From the NCBI RefSeq assembly GCF_009914755.1, contig NC_060938.1: a stretch of DNA of 64,000 bases, one strand, 5' to 3'. Made by a program: the position numbers and the translations under genes. Source of the stretch: the human T2T-CHM13v2.0 reference genome, Homo sapiens. Below the pieces are notes generated by a model, which saw only the letters and a list, made by a program, of their open reading frames with translations, searched no databases and was not told the origin of the DNA. Positions 1 through 16,707 of this stretch are shown here, piece after piece. The number at the start of each line of letters is the position of its first letter. Positions within the stretch are counted from its first letter, which is position 1.

Positions 1-897
1 GAAGTTTGTTACCTCTGTGACATAAAATAATGTCACATAACAATTATGATTATTACTGATAATGTACACTGAGTCATATCAGAATTATAGGAGTTTCTCA
101 TAATTTTGGAACACATACCAATAACATATTTATACAAATATAAGCCAAAGAAAACCAAACACCATTTCATATTTGACAATACTTCCTGTGTACATTTTAT
201 ACCAAATAAGCCAAATATGCCATTTTGTACTTTAGGGAATCTAATATCTTAAAGGATTAGTTAGATCAGAAAGAGACATAATTTATAATTTTATTTTGGA
301 AAATGTGCCAAATATCAAAGGCTTAAAACATTTGATATCACTAAATAGGATCACAGGTCATTGTAAAATAAGTGATTCACTTAGAGTGATAACTCAAACA
401 TCTCAAAAAAAAAAAAAAAGCAAAAACCTTCATTCTTTGAGAGAGGATACTTAATTTTCCAAACAATAAGCCCTAATAAAGTCAGCATGAAGCCAATTAA
501 ATGTTTTTTAAAATTTTATAAGCAATCTATAAAATGTTCATCTGACCATAAGATATAATTTCATAAGCCTTTTATAACCTTTATTAAGGAGTCAGTTAAT
601 GCTTCAAGAAAAACTTGTTAATCTGACACAGGGGCCCATTTGCTGGTCTTGCATCAGTGGGCCTTTGACATTAATGTTTAAGTTCAGTTCAGAGAAACGG
701 AACTTATTTTATCTCTCAAAATCAGCCCTTACAATCTCATACACCCACCTTTTCTGCAATAGTTCTGGGCCTTGAGGAGTTGAATAGTTTAGTTTCTGGC
801 CCTGTCTCAGGAACGCAGTTTAATTTGATTGGCACTTTCTACCAGGCCTGAAGATGAGGCTTTAATTGTTGTCAGTGTTTAAGATTTACCAGGACTT

Positions 898-1189
898 GGC
901 CGGGTGCGGTGGCTCACGCCTGTAATCCCAGCACTTTGGGAGGCCAAGGCAGGCGGATCACGAGGTCAGGAGATCAAGACCATCCTGGCTAACTCGGTGA
1001 AACCCCGTCTCTACTAAAAATACAAAAAATTAGCCGGGCGTGGTGGTAGGCACCTGTAGTCCCAGCTACTCAGGAGGCTGAGGCAGGAGAATGGCATGAA
1101 CCTGGGAGGCAGAGCTTGCAGTGAGCAGAGACTGTGCCTACTGCACTCCAGCCTGGGCAACACAGCAAGACTCTGTCTCCAAAAAAAAA
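898..1189 (+). mobile_element. AluY-type SINE
   Basis: Full dimer with A-tail; TSD aagattta(c/g)caggactt at 881-897 and 1188-1205. Confidence 0.95.
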
Positions 1190-1661
1190 GATTTAGCAGG
1201 ACTTCATGTCCTTTTTGGGCGAAGGAGTCAAAGCCCCACAACTCAATGTCACGAGGACTTTAAAAGCACATACAGAAAGATACACGGATGTAATAACCAT
1301 AATTTTTTTTAAAAAAATTAATCTCAGTTTTTTTCTAAGCAAATCAAAACTTAATAATAATGGCATAGGAATTATTTTGATAAAACGTAAAAATCTGTTA
1401 GGCCAGTTACCAAGAGGCAAAATAAAAGACCTTCTGCAGTGCACTGAATATTATGTTGGAAGAAAACATTTTCTTTAGACCCTTAAGAAAACATTGTTAG
1501 CATCAGGCTACAACAAACAGAACCCAATACGAAAAAAACTTACATGAGCTGAAAAATGAGTTGAAGGACAGTGTTATTTTGCACTTTTTAAAAGGGGAGA
1601 GGAAACAAAAATGATGAGATGCAATAAAAGTTGAACTTTGGGTTATAATTTTTTTAAATTA

Positions 1662-1982
<321 letters not shown>

Positions 1983-2197
1983 TTATTAAGAGTAAATCAA
2001 CCCCTTAAGAAAATTTCATTGTTCTAACCAATTATTTAATGTATAAGTGATTTTCTTTACATTAAACCCAATCTCTAGAAAGGTCATTATAATTTCCCTT
2101 TAGTTATAGACAACTTGATCATATAAAACTTTTTGGGTTCTTTTCTTGTTTTCTTTTAAAGCTTTTTCGGTATGTTTATTAGTTCATTTAATTAATT

Positions 2198-2538
2198 CTT
2201 TTTTTTATTTAAGTTCTGAGATACATGTGTAGAACGTGCAGGTTTGTCACATAGTATACATGTGCCATGGTGGTTTGCTGCACCTATCAACCCGTCATCT
2301 AGGTTTTAAGCCCTGTATGCATTAGGTATTTGTCCTAATGCTCTCCCTCCCCTTGCTCCCCAGCCCCCAACAGGCCCTGGTGTGTGATGTTTTCCTCCCT
2401 ATGTCCATGTGTTCTCATTGTTCAACTTCCACTTACGAGTGAGAACATGGGGTGTTTGGTTTTTTGTTCCTGTGTTAGTTTGCTGAGAATGACACCTTCC
2501 AGCTTTATCCATGACCCTGCAATGGACATGAACTCATT
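2198..2538 (-). mobile_element. 5'-truncated L1PA 3' UTR fragment
   Basis: T-rich tail followed by tacatgtg..gaacgtgcaggtttg..catgtgccatggtggtttgctgcacc, the reverse complement of the primate L1PA 3' end. Confidence 0.85.
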
Positions 2539-2614
2539 TGAGGGTGTTTTTTTTTTAATAAATCCACTTATTGTGACTCACACAGACCACTCATGACATG
2601 TTTGGACTTTCTGA

Positions 2615-2938
<324 letters not shown>

Positions 2939-3382
2939 AACACCCTCTTTCTTAAACAACCAGTCATTTTATTCTAGGACAAAATTTACCGTACGAGATT
3001 CTTTCTCGTATAAAATTATTTCTCTTTAAGCTTTCTTACCAAAAAAATACCTCTTTTTTCTATAACTTTCTTTACATCTCTCTTATTTCCTGGTTCCTTT
3101 TACCTTGTTTTATACATAACCTCTAAATAAGCTTTGAATTAGACAAAAACAATTCACCTTTTTAAAAGGACATTTTTTTAGAAAGCATGTTTTCCTACAA
3201 TATATTTTTACTGGAAAATACCCAAATAATGAAATATCTACTGTTTAATTTAACTTTAGATTCTAAATTATGATTCTAAGTATGCCTATAGGTATTTATC
3301 CCATTAAATGTACCTAATTATTTTATTTTAATCATTTACCTAGATTATTTGTGAAAACTGTGAGAGTCGTCATTTAAACTTA

Positions 3383-3615
3383 TGAAACCACTATAACTGA
3401 GACAGTGAAAAAGATCTGGCCTAACTTACTCCATCTTGCTTCTAACCTCCAAGCTATCCTTATTTATTCCTGGGCATAGGCCGAACTAACTTTGGGAGGA
3501 ACTTAGTTTATAGTTTAGGTTTGAAACAAAGATGCTAACTGTCCTTTCCCAAAACAAATCTCCTTTCTGCCTGTGGACTAGGCTGCTAAAGCCACAAGAT
3601 TAGAAGTTATGGTAA
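3383..3615 (+). mobile_element. LTR8-like 5' fragment embedded antisense in the ERV internal region
   Basis: tgaaacca..actgagacagtgaaa..ccatcttgcttctaacctccaagct..actaactttggga resembles the recalled LTR8 start. Confidence 0.6.
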
Positions 3616-4876
3616 TTTTACTAGATAATTCAAGATGACTATTTTCACTAAACCAATAACAATGTCTTATTTATTAAAAATTACACAAGCAAAGATCATT
3701 CAGTTTGGGGCTGAGTTTATAGTTTCGTAACCCTGATGCCAAATTTTGACACCTTATAGTATTTGGCAGGGATAAGTACGCAATTGCTTAATCAATAAAT
3801 GCAAACAAAAATGTATGCTGGAAATTCTTAAGACATTTCTAATATTACTTTACCAATAATTTCAAAGCTAGCTTATTTATTAAAGATTTTACTTAAGTCA
3901 TGTAAACTTGAAAAAGCATTTGACTAGTATTTCCTTTTTTCTGGTAAAGTATTTGATTTAAGTGCTTTTAGTTTCCTTTAAGCCAATTAATTAGAGCTCT
4001 TTTATATATTTTTAGTAGTGAAACGTGTACACAACACATAAATACATAAATGTATTAGGCATACCAATAGAAGTACATCTTATAGATTCCTAAGACCTTT
4101 TTTTTTCTTACCTTAGACTTTCAAACTCTTGATAACCTGTTTCATTACCCTGGCAGTTGTCAGGTAAATAGCCCTAAGTCTGCATATTGAAGGAAATAAC
4201 TCTTAGAAGAAAAATCAAATGGCAAAATTTACATCTCAAGGTACAGAGAGAAAAAATCTGGTGGAGCTAGAGGGAGATTAAAGATGAATGCCAAATCAAA
4301 CATGAAATTATAGAAATCTATGATAGGATTGTATAAGGAGACCAATTTTATTTAGGTGGGAACTACCTATCTTTTAACTAGATCTCTGAGCTCTGGGCAG
4401 AGCCCACACTGAATCCTGGGTCTCCAAAAAGGGAGAGTTGACGCTAGAACACGTGATGCTTTTACAGGACACTTAAAATTTTTTTCAGTCAAAGACATTT
4501 CTAAGTGTCTACACTACAGTCTTCCTTAAAAACCCAAGAGTAGCCTCTGTTACAATAGCTATTTTAGTCAAAAAATCAGGTAACACAATACAAAAGCAAG
4601 CAGTTTAAGAGCTGAGACAAACTTGTCTGTTTACACTCTTGGGATTCCATAAGGAAAAACAGGGAGCCTGGTGCCTTCCCCATTTTCTTTAAGGAAATCC
4701 AGGCTATTATAAACTATTTTAGGTCCCTCATGCAGCAGAACATGCAAGAGAAAGGAGAGACAGCAGAAGTAAATGGAGAAAATAGAATTAAATCAACTGA
4801 GAAGAAAAACCTTTGCTCAAAAAAAGACAAGGTCCTAGGAGAGGGAAAAAAACAAAAACATGAAAGCCTCTTAAAC

Positions 4877-5208
4877 GCACACACACACACGCACACATAT
4901 ACACATGCACACACACACACATGCACACATACACACGTGCATACATGCACACATGCACATACAGGCACACGCATACACATACACACATGCACACATACAC
5001 ATACACACATGCACACACACACGCACACACATATACACATGCACACACATACACACATGCACACACATACACACACATGCACACACACACGCACACACAT
5101 ACACATGCACACATACACATGCACACATACAAACACACATGCATACATATACACATGCACACATACACATGCACACATACACACACACATGCATACATAC
5201 ACACACAT
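4877..5208. repeat. Compound (CA)n/(CACATA)n/(CACATG)n microsatellite
   Basis: ~330 bp of alternating purine/pyrimidine repeat, seen directly. Confidence 0.97.
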
Positions 5209-6198
5209 CTTGGATGTTATCTTCAATTAAGCTGACTTTTAACCACTGAGCTCCTATTAAAAAAATCTTTTTAAACCTCATTACCATATTTTAGCTAGGA
5301 CAAATTGCTGCTATTTCAGAAGTACAAGTATCAAACCAGAAAGGGCTTGATTTAGGAACCAAACCCAGGCTGTCATAGTGGAAAAAAAGAAGGCAGAACC
5401 TTAGCTATGAAACTGCAGCATGGGGCGACAGCCATCGCTCTTTCAGTTTGGACTGGCTAGCAAAAACATAGCCCTGTTGTGTAAATAAATAAAGCCCCTT
5501 AAGTGGCCAAAATAAAAAATCTTTCCTTTTTTTTTTTTTTTTTCCTTGTGCTGGCTATTTTTCTCTCCCCACCACATCACCTTTTGTGTGTGGGGGTGGG
5601 GGGTGGAATTTAGCCAGTTCAGAGGACCTGTTCCCCATAATTTGGAACTTTCCTTCAGATTTGATCAAGGAAAAACACCAAAACAAAAACAAAAACAAAC
5701 AATAAAAAAAATTAAGTGAAACAAATAATCACACAATGTGTGTGATTACTGAGTGCTCAAATGGTAAGGAGAAATTAAGACCAGCTGGTTGTTAATCTTA
5801 ACTTTAGCCAAAACAAACCTCCATTCAGTTACTTAGATAGGGATGGGTCTCAGGCGAAGACTGCTCTCTACCATCCTAGAAGCAGGAAAAAACTCAAAAC
5901 TCATCTTCCCTGTTGGGAGTGAGTTCAAACTCCATAAAAAAGTTGCCTGCCTTCCATCGTGATGGAAGCAGGAAAAACTTGCCTTCCTTGTGCTGGAAGC
6001 AAGTAAAACTCCACAAAAGGAGTCGTACAGCAAAATAAAATTTAGATCTCGACCAAATTTTGGGAGATCAGGGATTTTCCGGAGGGGTTGCTTCCAGGCC
6101 TCAGCAAATTGTTCCATTGGTTTGAGCCATAAAGATAGCTCAAGCTGGTACCAAGCACGAATTGGAGATGTGTCAAACGTCAGGGGCACCTCCACTCA

Positions 6199-6218
6199 GA
6201 ATCCCTTCGTGGTTACCA
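6199..6218 (-). promoter_or_regulatory. Retroviral primer-binding site complementary to tRNA-Arg(TCG)
   Basis: Plus strand reads GAATCCCTTCGTGGTTACCA, matching the recalled 3' end plus CCA of human tRNA-Arg-TCG; lies 3 nt from the LTR terminus. Confidence 0.8.
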
Positions 6219-6221
6219 AAA

Positions 6222-6978
6222 TGTGAACCCAGAATATCTGAGACAGGTCTCAGTTGATTTAGAAAGTTTACTCTGCCAGGGTTGAGGATGCACGCCTGTG
6301 ACACAGCCTCAGGAGGTCCTGATGACATATGCCCAAGGTGGTCGGGGCACAGCTTGGTTTTACATATTTTAGGGAGACATGAGACATAAATCAATATATG
6401 TAGGATGTACATTGGTTCCATTCAGAAAGTCAGGACAACTCGAAGCAGGGAGGGGGCTTCCAGGTCACAGTTAGATGAGAGACAAACAGTTGCATTCTTT
6501 TTTTTTTTTTTTTTTTTAATTGAGACAGAGTCTCACTCTGTCGCCCAGGCTGGGGTGCAGTGGCGCAATCGCGGCTCACTGCAAGCTCCGCCCGCCGGGT
6601 TCACGCCACTCTCCTGCCTCAGCCTCTCCGAGTAGCTGGGACTACAGGCGCCCGCCACCACGCCCGGCTAATTTTTTGTATTTTTAGTAGAGACAGGGTT
6701 TCACCATGGTCTCTATCTCCTGACCTTGTGATCCGCCCGCCTCCGCCTCCCAAAGTGCTGGAATTACAAGCCTGAGCCACCGCGCCCAGCCGACGGTTGC
6801 ATTCTTTTGAGTTTCTGATGAGCCTCTCCAAAGGAGGCAATCAGATATGCATTTATCTCAGTGAGCAGAGGGATGACTTCGAATAGAATGGGAGGCAGGT
6901 TTACCCTAAGCAGTTCCCAGCTTGACTTTTCCCTTTAGCTTAGTGATTTGGGGGCCCAAGATTTATTTTCCTTTTACA
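6222..6978 (-). mobile_element. MER4A-type ERV1 5' LTR, split by an Alu
   Basis: TG..CA termini (tgtgaaccc..ttttaca); reverse complement matches recalled MER4A (..AAATAAATCTTGGGCCCCCAAATCACTAAGCTAAAGGG..). Confidence 0.85.
6498..6791 (-). mobile_element. AluY with the 12-nt left-arm deletion of the AluYd lineage
   Basis: tttcacc^atggtctc lacks gtgttagccagg; also cctctccgagtag insertion; TSD ac(a/g)gttgcattcttt. Confidence 0.75.
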
Positions 6979-8070
6979 GAGTGAAGATATAATCTACAGA
7001 ATGGGAGAATATATTTGCAAACCATACGTGTGGTAAGGGATTAAGATCCAAAATATATAAGAAACTCAACTCAATAGTAAGAAAACAACCTGATATGAAA
7101 ATGGACAAAGGGCCTCAATAGACATTTCACAAAAGAAGACATACAAATGGCCAACAGGTGTATGAAAAAATGCTCAACATCACTAAACATCAGGAAAATG
7201 CAAATTAAAACCACAGTGAGATATCCCCTCACACCTGTTAGAATGGCTCTTATCGAAAATACAAAAGATAAATGTTGGCAAGGATGTGGAGAAAAGAGAA
7301 ATCTTGTACACTGTTGTACAAGGTACAATATACAAGAATGTACATTTGGTACAACCATTATGGAAAACAGCATGGAAGTTCCTCAAAAAATTAAAAATAG
7401 AATTTCCATATGATCCAGCAATCCCAACATTGAGTATAAATCCAAAGGATATGAAATCAGTATGTCAAAGAGATATCTGCACTCCCATGTTCTACAGTAT
7501 TACAAGAATCAAGTTAGGAATCAACCTAAGTGTCCATTGATAGATGAACAAATAAAATACAGTATGTGTACACAATGAAATATTATTCAGCTTTAAAAAG
7601 AATAAAATCCTGTCATTTGCAACAATGTGGATAAACTGAGAGGACATCACATTAAGTAAAATAAGCCAGGCACAGAAAGAAAAATACGTAATCTCACTTG
7701 TATATAGAGTGTAAAAAAGTCAAACTTATAGAAGCAGAGAGTAAAATAGCGGTTCCCAGATGCTGGAGGTTGGGGGATTGGGAAGATATTGGTCGCAGGA
7801 CACAAAATTTCAGTGAAATAAGAGGAATAAGTTCAAGAGATCTATTGTACATCATGGTGACTACAGTTGATAACAATGTGTTATATACTTGCAAATCCCT
7901 AAGACAGTTGATTTTAAGTGTTCTCACCACACACAAAAAAAATGATAAGTATGTGGCATGATGCATATGTTCAATAATTTGATTTAGCCATTCCATAGTG
8001 TGTCACAACATCAGGTTGTACACCACAAATATATACAATTTCTACTTGTCAATTAAAAAATAAATAAAAT
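6979..8070 (+). mobile_element. L1MA-type 3' fragment (ORF2 end and 3' UTR)
   Basis: ORF2 C-terminal remnant ([18 protein letters not shown]..), L1MA-like 3' UTR and A-rich end. Confidence 0.85.
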
Positions 8071-8077
8071 ATATTGA

Positions 8078-8414
<337 letters not shown>

Positions 8415-8650
8415 TAAAAGTTTTAATTTATGCTACATTATTCAAAATAATAATATTTTCAAAACAAAAGAAAAAAATGTGTGCAAAATGTTTAAAGGAA
8501 TAAAGGCCACTGTTACAACTAACAGAGATCACTGGGAAAATATCAATAAAAGGACCCATGAAAAGACTACAAGCAACAATTCCTCAGGTCCAGTGAGCAC
8601 CATAAGCATCTGATCTTAAAGACCGAATCCTTCCAGCCAGTAGCTCTTTA

Positions 8651-9198
<548 letters not shown>

Positions 9199-9314
9199 TC
9201 ACGGATTTAGAAAATCACAATTTTGCAACCACCAGTATAACAACTGATTCAGGTGAAGGTCATTAGTGAATAACAGCACCAGGTAAAATATGGTTGGATG
9301 GAGCAGAATCATCA

Positions 9315-9725
9315 CTGCCCCACCTACTTGCCTCAGACTCTCCACTCACTATGCCCCAGGTGACTTCCCATTGCCATTTCAGCATCTCCACCCTGAGGGC
9401 ATTTTGCCCACACATAGGGGAAGCGGAAGTGCCGGGCTATTAACAACCCTCTGAAACAGCTTGCGCCAATGACTGATGAAAGTTGGTGCATAAATATTTC
9501 GGCTCCCTTGGCCCTCCTCCAAGTGAGATAACTCTAAGGTGTGTGTGTTACACAACTTCCCAGCATCTCCCAACAGTGTTAAGCTCTGGTTTCCCTGTGG
9601 TGGCTGGCTTAATGACACAACTTTGATTGGCTGTATCCCCTTCCAGGTATCACTTCTTCACCCAAATAAACATCCTGCTCTCAAATTTTCATCTCAGGAT
9701 CAACTTTGGGAAGGATGCAATCTAC
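9315..9725 (+). mobile_element. Old ERVL LTR (LTR16C-like)
   Basis: ccaatgactgatg..gcataaata..gataactctaaggtg..cccaaataaac..ctcaggatcaactttggg resembles the LTR16 family. Confidence 0.55.
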
Positions 9726-9739
9726 AACCTTGGTGTCAG

Positions 9740-10294
9740 TGACAGAGCAGAAGCACTGCCATCTTGGACAAACGCCACCATTTTAAATTCCAGCTCCCTT
9801 TCTAACCTCATGCATTTCAAGGAAATCACTTCTTTTCTAACAACAAGCAGCCAGAAAGAGCAGACGGTAAAACACAGATAAGACAGCTCAGGCAGGGAGA
9901 GAGAGGGGAAAGTCTCTTGGGTAACCACCAAGCTTCACACCCATACAATGGGACCCAGCAAAACAGTGGGTCCAAATAAGCACATTCCTTTCTTTTCAGG
10001 TGCACTAAGATAGGGAAGCTAAAAGTAAACTCGGGGGTATGCCTGCAGGTGCAGGAAGATGTATGGGAACAGACACAAAACTCTCCCTCCCAGATAAGCA
10101 AGACAAAGAGACACAGGACATTTCAAGCCTGTGATAAGCTCTCCCACCCTGAACCCTTAAATACTCTTAGTCTGTAAGAGAGACTGCTCCCAACCTAACT
10201 CGGCCAGAAGGCCCTCTCAGGTTTACTCTCTGAAATAAACCTGTCTTTGACTACTCAGCCACTTTTCATGTTTCTTTCTTCTTCAATTCTTACA
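9740..10294 (+). mobile_element. ERV1 solo LTR (LTR19B-like)
   Basis: TG..CA termini (tgacagagcag..tcttaca), AATAAA at ~10234, flanks gtcag/gccag; subfamily from memory. Confidence 0.7.
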
Positions 10295-10364
10295 GCCAGG
10301 AGTAGGAGGCAGATCCTCTAGTGGGACCCTGGAATGAGACCACTAGCCACAGGGCCGCTGGTGT

Positions 10365-11910
10365 TGAGAGGTGACAACGTGCTAGCAGCCGTCGCTTGCT
10401 CTAGGTGCCTCCTGGGCCTCGGCATCCACTCTGGCCATGCTCCAGGAGCTCTTCAGCCCGCCACTGCACTGTGGGGGCCCCTCTCTGGGCTGGCCGAGGC
10501 CGGAGCCGGCTCCCTCTGCTTGCCAGGAGGTGTGGAGGGAGAGGCACAGGCGGGAACCAGGGCTGCGCGCCGAGCTCGCGGGCCAGCACGAGTTCCAGGT
10601 GGGCGGGGCTCAGCAGGCCCCGCACTGGGAGTGGCCAGCCCACACCACCTGCCTGGGCAGTGAGGGGCTTAGCACCTGGGCCAGCAGCTGCGGAGGGTGC
10701 ACCAGGTCCCCCAGCACTGCCAGCCTGCCCATGCTGTGCTCCAATTCACACCGGGCCTCAGCCGCCTCCCCACGGGGCAGGGCTCAGGACCTGCAGCCGG
10801 CCATGCCCAAGCCCCACCCCTCACCCCTGTGGGCTCCCCAGCGGCCCGAGCCACCTCAACGGTGCCACCTCCTGCTCCGGGGTGCCCGCCTGGTCCCATC
10901 GACTGCCCAAGGGATAAGGAGTGTGGGCCACAGTGCGGGACTGGCGGGCATCTCCGCCCACAGCTCTGGCGCAGGATCCACTAGGTGAAGCCAGCTGGGC
11001 TCCTGAGTGGGGTGGGGACTTGGAGAACTTTTATGTCTGGATGGAGGATTGTAAATGCACCAATCAGCACTCTGTGTCTAGCTCAGGGTTTGTGGATACG
11101 CCAATCAGCACTCTGTATCTAGCTAATCTGGTGGGGACTTGGAGAACTTTTATGTCTAGCTGGAGGATTGTAAATGCACCAATCAGCACCCTGTGTCTAG
11201 CTCAAGGTTTATAAACACACCAATCAGTGCTCTGTGTCTAGTTAATCTAGTGTGGACTTGGAGAACTTTTAGGTCTAGCTAGAGGATTGTAAATACACCA
11301 ATCAGCACTCTGTCTAGCTCAGGGATTGTAAATGCACTGATTAGCAACCTGTCAAAACGGACCAATCAGCGCTCTATAAAGAGGACCAGTCAGTGCTCTA
11401 TAAAACGGACCAATCAGCTCTCTGTAAAATGGACCAATCAGCAGGATGTGGGTGGGGTCAGATAAGGGAATAAAAGCAGGCTGCCCAAGACAGCAGCGCA
11501 ACCTGTTCGGGTCCCATTCCACAGCGTGGAGGATTTGTTCTTTCACTCTTTGCAATACATCTTGCTGCTCGTTCTTCGGGTCCACAATGCCTTTAGGAGC
11601 TGTAACACTCACGTGAAGGTCTGCAGCTTCACTCCTGAGGCCAGCAAGACCACGAACCCACCAGGAGGAATGGACGACTCCAGACGCGCCACCTTAAGAG
11701 CTGTAACACTCACCATGAAGGTCTGCAACTTCACTCCTGAAGCCAGCAAGACCACGAACCCACCAGAAAGAAAAAACTCTGAACACATCCAAACATCAGA
11801 AGGAACAAACTCCGGACACACCATCTTTAAGAACTGTAACACTCACGGCGAGGGTCCACAGCTTCATTCTTGAAGTCAGTGAGACTAATAACCCACCAAT
11901 TCTGGACACA
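10365..11910 (+). mobile_element. LTR12 (ERV9) solo LTR, LTR12D/E-like
   Basis: tgagaggtgacaac..ctggacaca; perfect 4-bp TSD GTGT; GC-rich U3, tandem CCAATCAGC enhancer repeats at 11000-11445, AATAAAA TATA-like box at ~11469. Confidence 0.93.
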
Positions 11911-12020
11911 GTGTGAGTGGGGTTGTCATCACCCTATGGGGCATGTCACAGCATTGCCATCACAAGCTGTCACATATGCTGAACTGGGAGAAGATACAGG
12001 GAAAAAAGGTTGTACCTTCC

Positions 12021-12368
12021 TGTATTAGTCAGTTCTTGCACTGCTATAAAGAAAGACCGGGTAATTTATAAAGAAAAGAGGTTTAATTGGCTCATGGTTC
12101 CACAGGCTGTACAGGAAGCATGGCTGGGGAAGTGAAGGGGAAGCAGGCACATCTTCACATGGTTGGAGCAGGAGGAAGAGAACGAAGGGGCAGGTGTTAC
12201 CCACTTTTAGACAACCAAATCTCCTGAGGACTCACTCACTATCACAAGAACAGCAAGGGGGAAATCCACCCTGTGATCCAATTACCTCCCACCGAACCCC
12301 TCTGCCAACAATAGGGAGTACAATTCAACATGAGATTTGGGCGGGGACACAAATCCAAACCCTATCCA
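12021..12368 (-). mobile_element. MSTA-type MaLR solo LTR, internally deleted
   Basis: tgtattagtc..catgagatttggg..ccaaaccctatcca. Confidence 0.85.
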
Positions 12369-13650
12369 TTCCCATTTGTGAAATGTCCGTAGCATGTGAA
12401 AGATGCCGAGGGAATGGGGAGTTTTAAGTGCGGTGGAGGTGTCTGTGTGCTGTGAAGTGCCTGAGATGTGAGGCAGGGGAGAAAATGATGGCTCAAGTCA
12501 ACCAACCACTAACACATGGAATGACGTAAGAGGCAGAGGCCTCTATGAAAACGCAGAAAGTGACCTCTTCTCCTGTCGATGGAGGGCAAGACCTAATGCT
12601 GAGGGGGATAGAATTACAGAGAAGCCCAACCTCATATCCCTGGCAAATCTCTGCCACCTGCAAGGCTCTGCCAGGGGAGATGTGGGACCCTAAAACCAGG
12701 GAAAGAGACATCGGATGGGTGCATTTGGGAAATTTGAACACCCAGAGTCCCCCGTATCCTCCAGTCCTGTGGAAATCATGCACACCGCTTGTTAAAGGGT
12801 AGCTGCCTCCTTTCACCTAAAGCCCATTCCTGAGGCAAATGCTTTGCACGATGGTTCTTGCCTTCCTCAAGATCTGCACAGCTTCCTCCCCTAACAGCTT
12901 CTAGGACAATAAATAAGGTAAAGTCTCAACTTGGCCCATCTTAGATTGGCCCAGGAATCAGGTCAACTGTGGCAAAAAGCAAAACCAGCGAGATACGAGT
13001 GGTCATGGGAGTCTGAGATAATAAAATCCAAGACTAAGGGCCTCAAAAAGGCTGGATCCTGCAGCTTCACAATTGAGAGGCTAAATAATTCACCAAATTT
13101 AGAAAAGCAAAGTGGAATATCCTTCAACCTCATGGTGCTTAGGTGACAAAGACCTACTGGAGAAGGCCCCAGAGGACGAGTGAGAGTTGAAAACCTCCAG
13201 GAGTATAAGCCGACACTAACAAGCTGCAACCACTTTCTCCTGGGAGCACTTGCCAATCTGGGTGCAACTAAGGGCTAATAAAGACGCTTCTAGACAAAAA
13301 AGAAACCTAAGGGAATCTGTTGTCAGTACGGTCTGCATTAAAAGAAATAATAGAGTTCCTCAGATCGATGGAAATGATGCAAACCAAAACAACATGGAAA
13401 CTCAGGCAGGAATGAAGAGCACTAGATAGAATGATTGTATGATCAAATCTACATGAATATTGACTGTGCCAGGCAAAACTAGAAATATTGTGTCGGGTTT
13501 AAAATCCATGCAGAAAGAAAATACGTTACAATAATAAAGCAAAAAGTGGGGAGGAATCATGGAGTTAAAAATATTGTGATGGATTGGCATTATTGGTGAA
13601 ACGAAAGAGTAAACATCTGTACTAGATCACAAGTCAAGAATACGCACTGT

Positions 13651-13930
<280 letters not shown>

Positions 13931-13939
13931 TATATATAT

Positions 13940-15501
<1,562 letters not shown>

Positions 15502-15803
15502 TTAAGATCACAAACAAGTTGAAAAAAAGGGGTGAGAAAAGGCCTAGTAGGCAAACACAAAATGGAAAGAGCAGGTACAACTATGCTAATACCAGATAAG
15601 ATTTAAGGCAAGAACCATTACTAGAGGAAAAGAAGGACTTTTCACCAAAACAAAGAGGTCAATCCACCAAGAATATATCAACATCCTAAATCTAGAGGCC
15701 CTAAAGAACACAATTTGGAATAAGTGAAACAAAAATTGGCATAATTAGCAGGAAAAATAGACAAATTCATTATCAGAATATAAGATTTTAAAACTGCTGT
15801 AAC

Positions 15804-16169
<366 letters not shown>

Positions 16170-16707
16170 TTACATGACATGTATATGAAACTCTGCATGT
16201 TAGCCCTACTACCTAGGCACTGAACAGATGTCTATCTGCTGAAGGATGAATAAATAGTGTTCTACTTGCACAATGCAATAGTATTCAGCAATGAGAACCA
16301 ACAAAATGCAACTACACACAATATGGACAAATCTCAAACCAATGGTATTGAGAGAAGAAGACAGAAGAGTACGTACAAAATTATTCTATTTATGAAAAGT
16401 TCAAACAGACAAAATTATTATATAATAATCTGTAGTGTTAGACATCTATAGAGAGATCACCCTTTGGGAGGTTTAAAAACCATAAGATGGCTTAAGTGGG
16501 GCCCCTGGTGGTTTGGTAATTATTATCTTTCTTGATCTGCATGCTGGTTACAGAAGTGTGTCTATTTAATAAAATCCATCAAACTGTACACCTGTATCTT
16601 GTGTAGCTTTATACATGTAACACTTGAACAAAAACTTTTTTAGATGGAGATGCTCTATATAATCCCTAGAATACTTCTTTGTAAAGAGTAATGGCTTCAA
16701 GAGAGGT

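Larger units (their letters stand above)
9728..12950 (+). mobile_element. Degenerate ERVL (ERV3-16A3-like) leader and gag remnant, interrupted by three younger LTRs
   Basis: Follows the LTR16-like element; ORF 12545-12802 contains ALPGEMWDPKTRERDIGW, a decayed form of the ERVL gag motif ALIGKEWDPxxWxGDxW. Confidence 0.55.

Noticed and set aside
4714-5287. His/Thr- and Cys/Val-rich ORFs in all six frames
   Set aside because: Artefacts of the CA microsatellite.
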